The notes below the pieces were generated by a model. That model searched no databases. It had not been told where the DNA came from and was given only the letters and a program-made list of their open reading frames with translations. A stretch of 63,317 nt of DNA, filler included, from Actinomycetota bacterium (GTDB lineage Bacteria > Actinomycetota > CADDZG01 > JAHWKV01 > JAOPZY01): assembly GCA_025963875.1 (NCBI GenBank). It is 6 parts of 6 records of this genome, joined end to end, with 100 filler letters (N's around TTAATTAATTAA, not from the genome) between each part and the next. Parts side by side here need not be neighbours in the genome. Positions count along the whole stretch, not along the records: positions 15,969 to 28,496 come from JAOPZY010000034.1; 5 more parts are not named here. One strand, written 5' to 3'. The translations under genes and the position numbers were made by a program. Of this stretch, positions 17,526 to 28,596 are shown piece after piece. Positions within the stretch are counted from its first letter, which is position 1. Every line of letters starts with the position of its first letter.

Positions 17526-20162
17526 GTGGGGGGATCCATGGGCCTGTCGTGGCCGCTCGTGGGCCGAGCGGCTGAGCTCGAGCAGGTTTCCAGGCTGCTC
17601 CGGTCCCGCCGGGGAGCTGCAGTTCTTGCCGGGCCAGCAGGTGTGGGGAAGACCCGGCTGGCCACCGAGTGTCTGTCCATCGCTGCTGCCCAGGGGTTCG
17701 TTCCGCTCAGCGTGCCCGCGACCCAGGGTGCGGCCGGCCTGCCCTTCGGAGCCTACGCCGCCCTCGTGCCGGAGCTGGAACCGGGCAGGGATCTGCTGGC
17801 CGTGCTGCGCCAGATCGCCCGGGCAGTCCACCGGCACGGCGAGGGCAAGCCGGTGGCGGTCTTCGTCGATGACGCTCACCTTCTCGACAATTCCTCCGCC
17901 GCCCTGACGCACCTGCTGGCCACGACCTCGCAGACGTTCGTGCTCGCCACAATCCGCTCCGGCGAGCCGGCGCCCGCTCCGGTCATCGCCCTCTGGAAGG
18001 ATGGGCTTGCGGAGCGTCTTGAGCTCGGTCCCCTGACCATCATTGAGGTGGAGGAGTTGGTTACCTCGGCCCTGGCCGGGCCGGTCGACGGGGCCACGCT
18101 GCACCTGCTCCATCGGCGGACGGAGGGCAACGCCCTGTTCCTGAGGGAAGTCGTCCTGGGCGCGCTCGAGGCCGGCGTGCTTCGTCGTGAGGAAGAGGTC
18201 TGGCGGCTCAGCGGGCCGCTCCCGTCCTCGTCCCGGCTCATCGAGATCATCGAAGCTCGACTGGGCGATCTGGACGACCCGGTCCGCCGCGCGCTCGGCG
18301 TGGTGGCCCTGGGGGAGCCGCTCGAGGTCGAGCTCCTCCAGGTGGTCGATCAGGCAATCGACGTCGAGGCCCTGGAGTCCCGTGGGCTGCTGCGGGTTGA
18401 GCAGGAGGGCCGGCGCCTGGTCGCTCGCCTGCCTCACCCGCTGTACGGGGAGGTCCTGCGCTCCCGGCTCTCGCTGCTTCGTGGCCGCTCCGCTGCCCGG
18501 TCCCTTGCCGGTGCCCTCAACTCCACGGGGGCACGAAGACGCGAAGACACCCTCCGGCTTGCGGTGTGGAGCCTCGGCGGCGGGGTCTCCCTGCGGCCGG
18601 AGGCCATGTTGGCGGCAGCAACGGTGGCCAGGCAGCGCTACGACTTCCCTCTTGCGGAGCGGCTGGCCCGTGCAGCGGTCGATGCCGGGGCCGGCTTCCA
18701 GGCGGCCTTGCTCCTTGCGCAGGTGTGCTGGCTCCAGGGACGTGCGGAGGAAGCCGAGCGCCAGCTCGGTGCGCTCGTCGACCAGGCCAGCACTGACGCA
18801 CAGCGGGCACTGCTGGCCAGCGTACGGGTCGATGTTCTGGACTTCGGGCTCAAACGGCCCGACCTCGCGCTGCACGTGGCCGAGGAGGCCGAGGCAACCA
18901 TCACCGACCCCGGCGAGCGCGACCAGATCACGGCCGACCGGGCGCGGATCCTGGGCCGGTCCGGAAGCTACCGGGCAGCCATCGCGCTCGCTGACCCGCT
19001 CCTCAAACGGGCATCGGGAAGAGCATTGGTGACGGCGTGCTTCGCCACGGCCACCTCGATGACCTACACCGGCCAGGTCGCCGGGGTCATCGAAGCCACG
19101 GAGCGCGGTCTGGCGACCCACCTCAGCCTGACGGGGTCGCCACTTCCCTTCGGCCCCTTCTTCCACCTGATGATCCGCGCCGGTGCGTTCGTCTTCGCGG
19201 GACGGTTGGCAGAGGCGGGTGCGCTTGCCCAGCGCGAGTACGAGAAGGCGATCGAGGAGGAATCCGCCGAGGCGCAACCCTGGTTCTCGTGGATTCTTGC
19301 CTGGGTGGCGCTCAGCGAAGGGAGGGTGGCGACCGCTGGACGTATCGCCGGGGAGTCCGCCGCCGGGTTCCGGCAACTGGGCTGGCGACTGTTCGTACGT
19401 TGTGCCCTGATGCTACGGGCGCACGCCCTGGCGCTTCAGGGCGAGGTCGAATCGGCCCGCGCCGTCCTGGCCGAACTCGATGCACTCGGCGTCCCTGGGG
19501 CCGACCTCGGCGGGCCTGAGGTGCTGCGTGCCCGAGCCTGGACTGCGGTAGCCGCCGGTGACCGCGCCGACGCGCGGCAACAGCTCGATGCGGCGGTGGC
19601 GATGGCACAGTCCGGCGGGGCCTCGGCACTGGAGTCGGGGGCCCTTCACGATCTGGCGCGGCTCGGATGGGCGGCCGAGGTGGCCCCCGCCCTCCGGGAG
19701 CTGACCGGGATCGTCGAAGGCCCGATGGCTCCGGCCCGGGCGGCTCACGCCGCCGCCCTGGCAGCAAGGGACCCCTCAGGGGTGGAGGCGGCCTCGCGGA
19801 GCTTCGAGGATTGCGGCGCCATGCTGCTGGCCGCCGAGGCTTCCGCGGATGCAGGCGTCGCCTGGCGCCAGCGTGGCGAACCGCGCCGTGCAGTCTGGGC
19901 AGAGCGACGTGCCGCCGGGCTGGCCGCCCGGTGCGAGGGAGCCCGCACCCCGGCCCTCGCAGTCGCCGCCCCCGCCCGGGCGACGCTGACGCCCCGGGAG
20001 CTCGAGATCGCCCGCATGGCGGCGGCAGGCCTTGCCAACAAGGACATCGCCGCCCGCCTGTACCTCTCGCACCGCACGGTCGAGAACAAGCTCCACGCCG
20101 TATACGAGAAGCTGGGGGTCGACGGGCGGGCTGCGCTCGCAGAAGCCCTTGAAGGCGCATGA
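17526..20162 (+). CDS. large ATP-binding LuxR-family (LAL) transcriptional regulator
   Basis: WPLVGR, GPAGVGKT (Walker A), VFVDDAHLLD, TEGNALFL, HPLYGE, C-terminal LTPRELEIA..LSHRTVENKL HTH; start may be ATG 17538. Confidence 0.9.
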   Translation: MGGSMGLSWPLVGRAAELEQVSRLLRSRRGAAVLAGPAGVGKTRLATECLSIAAAQGFVPLSVPATQGAAGLPFGAYAALVPELEPGRDLLAVLRQIARAVHRHGEGKPVAVFVDDAHLLDNSSAALTHLLATTSQTFVLATIRSGEPAPAPVIALWKDGLAERLELGPLTIIEVEELVTSALAGPVDGATLHLLHRRTEGNALFLREVVLGALEAGVLRREEEVWRLSGPLPSSSRLIEIIEARLGDLDDPVRRALGVVALGEPLEVELLQVVDQAIDVEALESRGLLRVEQEGRRLVARLPHPLYGEVLRSRLSLLRGRSAARSLAGALNSTGARRREDTLRLAVWSLGGGVSLRPEAMLAAATVARQRYDFPLAERLARAAVDAGAGFQAALLLAQVCWLQGRAEEAERQLGALVDQASTDAQRALLASVRVDVLDFGLKRPDLALHVAEEAEATITDPGERDQITADRARILGRSGSYRAAIALADPLLKRASGRALVTACFATATSMTYTGQVAGVIEATERGLATHLSLTGSPLPFGPFFHLMIRAGAFVFAGRLAEAGALAQREYEKAIEEESAEAQPWFSWILAWVALSEGRVATAGRIAGESAAGFRQLGWRLFVRCALMLRAHALALQGEVESARAVLAELDALGVPGADLGGPEVLRARAWTAVAAGDRADARQQLDAAVAMAQSGGASALESGALHDLARLGWAAEVAPALRELTGIVEGPMAPARAAHAAALAARDPSGVEAASRSFEDCGAMLLAAEASADAGVAWRQRGEPRRAVWAERRAAGLAARCEGARTPALAVAAPARATLTPRELEIARMAAAGLANKDIAARLYLSHRTVENKLHAVYEKLGVDGRAALAEALEGA

Positions 20163-20187
20163 GGACCAGCCGCGAAGGGTTCAAGAG

Positions 20188-20202
20188 GAGTGGTCACCAC
20201 TC
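20188..20202. promoter_or_regulatory. 7-1-7 palindrome, candidate operator
   Basis: GAGTGGT-C-ACCACTC between the LAL regulator stop and the hydrolase start. Confidence 0.45.
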
Positions 20203-20270
20203 TCGCCTCAGGCGCATCCCGGGCGCATCCTCGCGGTAACCAACAGGTGGGCCCATGGAAGGGGAAGGCA

Positions 20271-21479
20271 ATGACCGGACTGCGGCGGTACTGGTGGAGC
20301 TTGCTCGTGGTTGCGTTCCTGATCGCCGGTGCGCTCATCGCCCTGCGGCCCGGCGGGATCTCGGGCGCCCCGGCGCCCGTGCAAGCAGCGACCGCCATAT
20401 CGGCCAGCGCCACCCTTCCGTCGAAGACTGCGGCGGTCGGCCGGGTCGCCGATCCGGTGGCAGCCTCTTCCGACGTCCTACCCGCTCAGCAAGCGCACGA
20501 GCTTGCCACCGAGAGCCGGGCAGAGGCCGGCCCGCGAACACCGCCACGGCCAACCACGGCGTCTCCTGCTCCTGTGGCCGTCACGCCCGTGATCTATGCC
20601 GTGACCCTCTCCCAGGACGCCCTCCTCCCCGGTTCGACGTACACGGTTCGGGGCTTCTCCTACAGCTCGCCGGGGGCCCGCGAGGTCGCGCTCCTGCTGC
20701 ACGGGTTCTCCTTCGATTACCGAGAATGGGACCTCCCGGCGCCATCGCCCGATCCTCAGAACCCCTCCGCGTACTCGACGGCCCGCTATCTGGCGACCCA
20801 TGGCATCGACGCCGTCGCCATCGATCTGCTGGGCGTCGGATCGAGCGACCACCCATCCGGCCTCGACGCGCTGCAGCTCACGATCCCGGCCTACGCCTCC
20901 ATGGCACACCAGATCGTGCAGTCGCTTCGCTCCCACTACGAGAAGGTCGTGACCGTCGGGGGTTCCTCCGGCGGCGAGATCGCCAACGTCGAAGCCGGCC
21001 GCTACCGGGACGTCGATGGCACCGTCGACCTGGGCTTTTGCGACCTGCCCCTGTTCTCCGCCCAGATCGTCGTCGATAACCTCAGCCCCACGTTGGCGGG
21101 CCTGGTTCAGCCCTATGTCGACTGGGAGGGCACCACCGCCGCACGTGACCGGATGTTGTACAACTTCGAGAACACCGATGCAGCGGTCATCACCCAAAGC
21201 GACGCCCTGGTCCAGCCCATCCCCTCGGCAGAGCTTCACACCACGGAGGCCCAGCCAGGGCGAGGCCTCGACCTGCTCGTGAACGTGCCGGTGCTGGTTG
21301 CCTTCGGCCAGCAGGACTCGGCCTGGCTTCCCGCGTGCCAGACGGCACAGGCCGGCCTCTACCTGTCGAGCCCTTCGGTGACCACATTCATCCTCCCCGG
21401 GGCGGGACACGCCCTGATGCTGCATCGCAACGCCGGCGTGTTCGAGGCCGAGCTTCTGGGATGGCTCAAAGGGCACTGA
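20271..21479 (+). CDS. exported/membrane-anchored alpha/beta hydrolase
   Basis: N-terminal TM/signal, Pro/Ala/Thr linker, LLLHG, DLLGVGSS, GGSSGG nucleophile elbow, GQQD, PGAGH. Confidence 0.8.
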   Translation: MTGLRRYWWSLLVVAFLIAGALIALRPGGISGAPAPVQAATAISASATLPSKTAAVGRVADPVAASSDVLPAQQAHELATESRAEAGPRTPPRPTTASPAPVAVTPVIYAVTLSQDALLPGSTYTVRGFSYSSPGAREVALLLHGFSFDYREWDLPAPSPDPQNPSAYSTARYLATHGIDAVAIDLLGVGSSDHPSGLDALQLTIPAYASMAHQIVQSLRSHYEKVVTVGGSSGGEIANVEAGRYRDVDGTVDLGFCDLPLFSAQIVVDNLSPTLAGLVQPYVDWEGTTAARDRMLYNFENTDAAVITQSDALVQPIPSAELHTTEAQPGRGLDLLVNVPVLVAFGQQDSAWLPACQTAQAGLYLSSPSVTTFILPGAGHALMLHRNAGVFEAELLGWLKGH

Positions 21480-21485
21480 AGCTTC

Positions 21486-21848
21486 TTAGCTGCAGCCGGC
21501 CTTGCTGACGTCTGCGAGCTGTTTCACCAACTCCGGTGACGTCGCGAGCTGGTCGTGCCAGTTCTTCCAGGTCAAATGACTGATCCCGACGGCCCCGAGG
21601 CGGTTGTCAAGGTCCTTCGTGATGTCGGCCTCTCTCGGGAAGCTCTGCTGGTCGATCGTGCACTGACGCTTGAACTCCGCCTCCGCGATGATTCGGGTCT
21701 GGGCGTCGGCCTTGACGTTGCGGAGGATTGCGCTCTTGCCGAGGGCACCGGAGTTGCCGCAGGCGGTGAGCGCGGAAAGGAACACCACCGCGCCAGCGAC
21801 TGCCACACACGCCCGGCTGACGTTGCCTGAGAAAGGGTTAGGAGACAA
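21486..21848 (-). CDS. hypothetical lipoprotein
   Basis: hydrophobic signal ending in LTAC lipobox; GC3-rich codons. Confidence 0.6.
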   Translation of the reverse strand: MSPNPFSGNVSRACVAVAGAVVFLSALTACGNSGALGKSAILRNVKADAQTRIIAEAEFKRQCTIDQQSFPREADITKDLDNRLGAVGISHLTWKNWHDQLATSPELVKQLADVSKAGCS

Positions 21849-22668
21849 CCACCGTCACCTTCGCGGACACCGTCACGGGAGCCGCGGCCGTAAAGGTGAC
21901 GACGAGGGGGATGTCATAGGTGCCCGCTACGAGTCCAACCGTATTGAAACGTATGGCGACGTAGTCGGTGTCGCCTCCGATCAGGGTGGTGCCGCCACTG
22001 AGGGCGCTCGACGTCTTGTCGCTGGGATAGCCAACCTGCAGGCCAGCCGGAAGGCTGCCCAAAGTGACAGTGAAGTCGGCCAGGTCAGTGGTCCCGCCCA
22101 GGAACCAAATCTGCTGGAAGCGATCGCTGCCGGCTTTGACCGGGATGGTCGACGTGTACTGCGTGAACGCGGGCCCCGAGGCTGGCCGCACGGGCACCGT
22201 CACCGTCGCCGACGTGGTGAGATTCTGGCCGCTGCCACCGTTGCCTTGGTCGTAGACATAGGTCGTCGTGAGCGTGACCGTGAAGTCGCTGGTCACTGTG
22301 TAGGGCACCGCTAGCTTGAACGCGGTGAAGTCCCGAGTGGTGCCCACCAGCGTGCTTGAACCATAGAGCGACGTGTCCCTGCCGCCCCGGGTGGCCGGGT
22401 ACGCCATGGTGATGCCCGCCGGTGCCGTTACCGTGGTCGACCAATCCGTGACTGTATTGTCGGACGTCCACACCACCGAAAGCCATCCTGACTGACCAGG
22501 CGCGAGCGCCGCCGTGTACGGCGTGATGGCTCTCACGTTTGCGTCGTCGGCGGCGCTCGCCGAGCTGGGGGAAGCGAGAGGCAACAGCATGCCCAGCAGG
22601 GGCAGAGCAGCGAGGATCGCGAGCCGGCGACGAGGACTACACAAGGACGGCACCTTGGTCGGACTCAA
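21838..22668 (-). CDS. secreted Thr/Val-rich beta-strand protein with two internal repeats, function unknown
   Basis: RRRLAILAALPLLG...ASA signal peptide; repeated TVT..P.G....YP....TS.L.G..TL.G...D..A; start uncertain. Confidence 0.6.
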   Translation of the reverse strand: MSPTKVPSLCSPRRRLAILAALPLLGMLLPLASPSSASAADDANVRAITPYTAALAPGQSGWLSVVWTSDNTVTDWSTTVTAPAGITMAYPATRGGRDTSLYGSSTLVGTTRDFTAFKLAVPYTVTSDFTVTLTTTYVYDQGNGGSGQNLTTSATVTVPVRPASGPAFTQYTSTIPVKAGSDRFQQIWFLGGTTDLADFTVTLGSLPAGLQVGYPSDKTSSALSGGTTLIGGDTDYVAIRFNTVGLVAGTYDIPLVVTFTAAAPVTVSAKVTVVVS

Positions 22669-25582
22669 GGAGCGCGATGTCGGCTCGCCGCAGAAGCCGC
22701 TCCTTGCCGGGTCCGTCCGTGGGCCACTCGGCGACCCCGACGGTAACCTCGACCGGTTCGTCGAGTACGGCGACGAGCCTTCTCAAACGCTGAGCAGCAG
22801 ACTGTGCTCCCGCCCCGCTGGTGGCGGGGAAGACCACGGCGAACTCGGCGCCCGCGATCCGGGCGGGAACATCGGCCGCGCGAATGCTCGACCGGATGGC
22901 GTCCGCCAATCGCTGCAGCTGGCGATCGCCCTCCCGGTGGCCGCGCAGCTCGTTCAGCCGTTTGAGGCCGCCGAGCTTGTAGGTGAGGACGGAGAACTTT
23001 CCTCCGGTGCGTTGCGCGCGCTCGATCTCGTTCTCGACGAGGCTGTGAAACCCGCTATAGTTCATCAGCCCGGTCAGTGCATCTGCGAAGGCGGCTGCCC
23101 TCAGGCGCCGTTGTTCGGCCAGGCTGAGTGCGCTCCGTACCAGTGGCACCAGCAACGCAGCGCCTGCCAGCAGGACGATGGCACCGTTCTCGCGGCCGTG
23201 CACGCGATGAAAGCTGCCATAGACCAGGACCATCAGGGCCGCAACCGCGAAGAAAAGGGGAGCTACCAGGGCCATGCTTGCCTCGCCGCGCTTCGCCCTC
23301 GCCGCGCCAGGATCTCGCCACGCGGCGTAGCCGATCAGGCACGCCGCCGCAAGCCAGCCGGACTCGAGCAGCGTCCCACGGGAGGAGGCGCCCTCCGCGG
23401 CCAGGTAGAGGTAGACGGAGTCGGCCGCCACCTTGATCACGAAGGCAGCGCCGACCAGAGCCCAGGCCCTGTCGGGGCGCCAGCCCATGGAGGCCACGCC
23501 GATCGCGACGACCACCAGCAGCACCAGGTCGCCGATGGGAACGACGGGATAGGCGGCCAGCATCGAGAGCGTCCCTGTGCCGTGGGCCGCGATCGACTCG
23601 CTCACGATGAAAGCCGCCAGGGCGGCCAGCGCCAGGGCGGCCCCAAGGCCGTCGAGCCAAACGATCCTGGGGCGGCCTCGCGCACGAAGCCGCAGCAGCA
23701 GCATGAGGCCGACGGCCGTGAACAGGTAGAAGCCCGCCCCTACCGCAGCGCGAATCGCTGTATGAGCCGCGCGGTCGAGTCCGTGGAGAACGAGGCCGTG
23801 GTCGAGCAAGCCGGCACCGCTCACCACCACGCCCCCGCCCAGCGCAAGCCAGGGGAGACGCTCACCCCGACCCACCCACCCCCTGGCGATACAGAAGCCG
23901 GCGGGTAGGAGGAACAGAGCGGGATAGATCCATCCGGTGAAGGCCGCGTCTCTCCCGGTGCTTCCAAGTCCCGTGATGGCATGGAGCATCGAGACTGCGA
24001 CGCCAGCAAGCTCCGCAGCCACGGCGATCCGCAGGACGATCCGGAACCCACGAGAAAGAAGGGGGGGCCGGCTGGTGCCACTGTTGTTGTCTCCCGGGCC
24101 GGCTGTCCGGCGGTCCGGAGCCGAACGTGGAGGCACGCTGGCCCCCGTGAGGCTCGCCGCCTCCTTCGCCAACTGGACGCTCCCGAACCCGCTCCGGCGC
24201 ATCAGCCCCCAGCGCTGCCGACGGCGGATGAGGTCCACGAGGCCGATCAGGCGAGCCACGCCCATGATCTGGCGGAAGCCGAAGTTCTCTACCACCGCGT
24301 AGGCAAGGGTGCGGCCGACCTCGCGGCCGCTGCGGTGACGGCGGAAGCTGAACTCCTCCAGGGCGACCGCGGCAATCGACAAGAGCAAGCCGAACAGGAT
24401 CGCCAGGATCAGGCCGGCCCACAGGAAGCTGGTCGAAAGCTCGCCCATGGCGACCGCGAGCGGCAGCGCCAGGTAGCCGAACAGCTCGATGACGGGCCCG
24501 AAGAGCTCGAACACCAGGAAGTATGGGAGGGCCACGAGTCCGAGCATCCCGTAGCGCGGCCTTCCGATCATCGACCGGTGGCGCCAGATCGCCTCGCCCA
24601 ACCCCCGCTGCCACCGCCGACGCTGCCGGATGAGCGTCCCCCAGTCCTCCGGCACCTCGGTCCAGCAGACCGGATGCGGAACGAACGCGATGCGGTAGTC
24701 CTCGCCACGTTTCCGCAGATAGCTGTGCAAGCGCACGACGAGTTCGACATCCTCGCCGACCGTCTCGGTCCAATAGCCGCCCACGGCCTCCAGAAACGAA
24801 CGGCGGAAGAGCCCGAAGGCGCCCGAGATGATGAGCAGCGAATCGATCTCGCTCCATCCCACCCGGCCGATGAGGAATGCGCGGAAGTACTCGACGACCT
24901 GAAGGGTCGCGAGGCGGCTCTTGGGCAGGCCCACCTCCTTCACCATCCCGTCCTCGACCCGGCAGCCGTTCGCGATCCGCACGATGCCACCGGTGGCCAC
25001 GGTCCGCTCGGGATCGTCGAGGATCGGCTTCGCCACGTAGAGCAGCGCATCCTCATCGAGCAGCGCGTCGGCATCAACCGCGCAGACGTACGGATAGCGC
25101 GCAGCATTCAGGCCGGTGTTCAGGGCGTCGGCCTTACCGCCATTCTCCTTGTCGATGACGGTCAGTTCAGGATGCCTGCGCGACATGTAGACCGTGCGGA
25201 TCGGGCGGACGGGGATGCTGTCGCGCAACACCTTGCGCACGGCGACGAGGTCGAATTCGCGCTGAAGTTTGGTCAGCGTCTCGTCGGTCGAGCCGTCATT
25301 GATGACGATGACCTCGTGCTGGGAATAGCGCAGCCTGACCAGTGACCGGACGCTCTCGATAATGCCGGCTTCTTCATTGAAGGCCGGCACAAGGACGGAG
25401 ATCGGCGGCGTCAGGGGCGAGCTGAATGCCTCGTCGGCACCGCCGTAGACCTTGGCACGCGCGTGGTGGGTCACCTGCCGCCACGCGACCGCTGTGAAGA
25501 TCAACAAGATGAGGTTCAGGACCGCGAAGTACGCCAGCACGACGATGCCGGTGACGACGAGGGCGCTGTGCAGCAAGCTCAC
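22637..25582 (-). CDS. processive GT2 glycosyltransferase fused to a multi-TM domain and a degenerate GGDEF domain
   Basis: VPAFNEE, NDGSTD, ENGGKADALN, VDAD, GED, QRRRW; C-terminal DALTGL...RAAD-VPARI-AGAEF...ADIAL. Confidence 0.85.
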   Translation of the reverse strand: MSLLHSALVVTGIVVLAYFAVLNLILLIFTAVAWRQVTHHARAKVYGGADEAFSSPLTPPISVLVPAFNEEAGIIESVRSLVRLRYSQHEVIVINDGSTDETLTKLQREFDLVAVRKVLRDSIPVRPIRTVYMSRRHPELTVIDKENGGKADALNTGLNAARYPYVCAVDADALLDEDALLYVAKPILDDPERTVATGGIVRIANGCRVEDGMVKEVGLPKSRLATLQVVEYFRAFLIGRVGWSEIDSLLIISGAFGLFRRSFLEAVGGYWTETVGEDVELVVRLHSYLRKRGEDYRIAFVPHPVCWTEVPEDWGTLIRQRRRWQRGLGEAIWRHRSMIGRPRYGMLGLVALPYFLVFELFGPVIELFGYLALPLAVAMGELSTSFLWAGLILAILFGLLLSIAAVALEEFSFRRHRSGREVGRTLAYAVVENFGFRQIMGVARLIGLVDLIRRRQRWGLMRRSGFGSVQLAKEAASLTGASVPPRSAPDRRTAGPGDNNSGTSRPPLLSRGFRIVLRIAVAAELAGVAVSMLHAITGLGSTGRDAAFTGWIYPALFLLPAGFCIARGWVGRGERLPWLALGGGVVVSGAGLLDHGLVLHGLDRAAHTAIRAAVGAGFYLFTAVGLMLLLRLRARGRPRIVWLDGLGAALALAALAAFIVSESIAAHGTGTLSMLAAYPVVPIGDLVLLVVVAIGVASMGWRPDRAWALVGAAFVIKVAADSVYLYLAAEGASSRGTLLESGWLAAACLIGYAAWRDPGAARAKRGEASMALVAPLFFAVAALMVLVYGSFHRVHGRENGAIVLLAGAALLVPLVRSALSLAEQRRLRAAAFADALTGLMNYSGFHSLVENEIERAQRTGGKFSVLTYKLGGLKRLNELRGHREGDRQLQRLADAIRSSIRAADVPARIAGAEFAVVFPATSGAGAQSAAQRLRRLVAVLDEPVEVTVGVAEWPTDGPGKERLLRRADIALLESDQGAVLV

Positions 25583-26622
25583 ACGGCACGCATGGCGACC
25601 AGGTCGCTCGCTTCGAGGACGTACTGCCCCGCATCCGGGTTCTCCGCGCTTGCACGCAGCGCACGCGGGTCGATGCGCGCGACGGCGGTTGCAGCCGCCT
25701 GAGCGGGATCCTGCTGGTCGTGTCGGGCCATGCCCAGCAGCGCATCGACCGCGCGCCGATCGCCGATCGCCCCCAGCGCCTCGGCTGCGACCGCGCGCAC
25801 GTAGGGGACCCGGTCGTCGAGCACCGTGCGGAGCTCCGTCGCTGCCTCGCTCGCTCCCAGCCGGCCGAGCGAGACCGCTGCCTTGGCTCTGACCTCGGCG
25901 GCGGAATCGCGAAGACGCTCAGTCAGGAGCGGCGTGTACGCAGGATCGCCGAGCACGCCGACCAGATCGATCGTCACCGCTCTGATCGCCGCCTCGGGGT
26001 GCGTTACCAGGGTCCCGAGCCCCGGCAAGCCCGCCGCCCCGATCGAGATGAGGGCCCAGCCCGCCAGGCTCCCCGGGACGGCACCGCTCACGAGCGCCTC
26101 CAGGAGTGGCTTCACGGCCTCAGGCGCCTTGAGCCGGCCCAGGCTGCAAGCGACGGCGGCCCGCACCGAGGGGTTCGGATCTTCCAGCGCCCGCAGGAGC
26201 GGAGGAACAGCTGTGGGAGAGCTCATGCCGCCGAGCGCAAAGGCGGCCGTTGCGCGCCGCCAGGGGCGACGGCCACGAAGCCCCTCCATTTCCCGCTCGA
26301 CCTCGCCCCGCGCCTCGAAGTAAGCGGCGATGTGCCCGTGCGCCGTCCCGGTCAACTGGCGGGCGTAGCGGGACAGCAGGCCTGCCAGCACCCGGATGTC
26401 ATGCTCGTCTGGCAGCGCGAACTCCCCGGCGTCGCCATCGATGATTGCGAGCGCGAGTGGCCGCAGCCGTGACTCAGCCCTGTTGCGCAGGTGCTCCTGC
26501 CGGCTCAGGTGGACCCGCCGAAGGGCAAGGACGCAGATGAAAACGACCGCGGCCACGGCGAGGCCGGCCGACCCCCACCTGAATACGTCTCCCAGCGTCA
26601 CGCCATGTGCCGACGCCGGCAT
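25579..26622 (-). CDS. membrane-anchored HEAT-repeat protein
   Basis: N-terminal TM; repeats such as LEDPNPSVRAAVACSLGRL, LRDSAAEVRAKAAVSLGRL, LDDRVPYVRAVAAEALGAI. Confidence 0.88.
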   Translation of the reverse strand: MPASAHGVTLGDVFRWGSAGLAVAAVVFICVLALRRVHLSRQEHLRNRAESRLRPLALAIIDGDAGEFALPDEHDIRVLAGLLSRYARQLTGTAHGHIAAYFEARGEVEREMEGLRGRRPWRRATAAFALGGMSSPTAVPPLLRALEDPNPSVRAAVACSLGRLKAPEAVKPLLEALVSGAVPGSLAGWALISIGAAGLPGLGTLVTHPEAAIRAVTIDLVGVLGDPAYTPLLTERLRDSAAEVRAKAAVSLGRLGASEAATELRTVLDDRVPYVRAVAAEALGAIGDRRAVDALLGMARHDQQDPAQAAATAVARIDPRALRASAENPDAGQYVLEASDLVAMRAV

Positions 26623-27010
26623 CAGCGCCGCCCGAGAATGGACTGGACCCGCGCTCTCAGCTCCTGGGGGCTGAAGGGCTTCTTGATGTAGTCGTCCGCC
26701 CCTGCCTCGAAGCCGCGCGTGACATCTGCCTCTTGCACGCGGGCCGTGAGGAGGATGACGGGCATGTCGCGAGTCTCGTCGTTCGCGCGGATCTGCCGGG
26801 TGACCTCGTAGCCGTCGAGCTTGGGCATCATCACGTCCAGAATGGCCAGGTCCGGGATGCGCTCGCGGGCGAGCGTCAGCGCCTCGGCGCCGTTCGTAGC
26901 GCTGGCGACGTCGTAGTTGGCCTGCTCGAGCCGGAAGACCACCAGGTCGAGGATGTCCTCGTCGTCGTCGGCAACGAGCACAAGGGGGCGCACTCTCCCC
27001 GCCGAGGGGG

Positions 27011-27014
<4 letters not shown>
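26622..27014 (-). CDS. single-domain response regulator (REC only)
   Basis: LVADDD, ILDVMMP, LLT, KKPFSPQEL; GTG 27014. Confidence 0.9.
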
Positions 27015-28496
<1,482 letters not shown>

Positions 28497-28596
28497 NNNN
28501 NNNNNNNNNNNNNNNNNNNNNNNNNNNNNNNNNNNNNNNNTTAATTAATTAANNNNNNNNNNNNNNNNNNNNNNNNNNNNNNNNNNNNNNNNNNNN
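28497..28596. other. artificial contig spacer
   Basis: N44-TTAATTAATTAA-N44. Confidence 0.99.
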
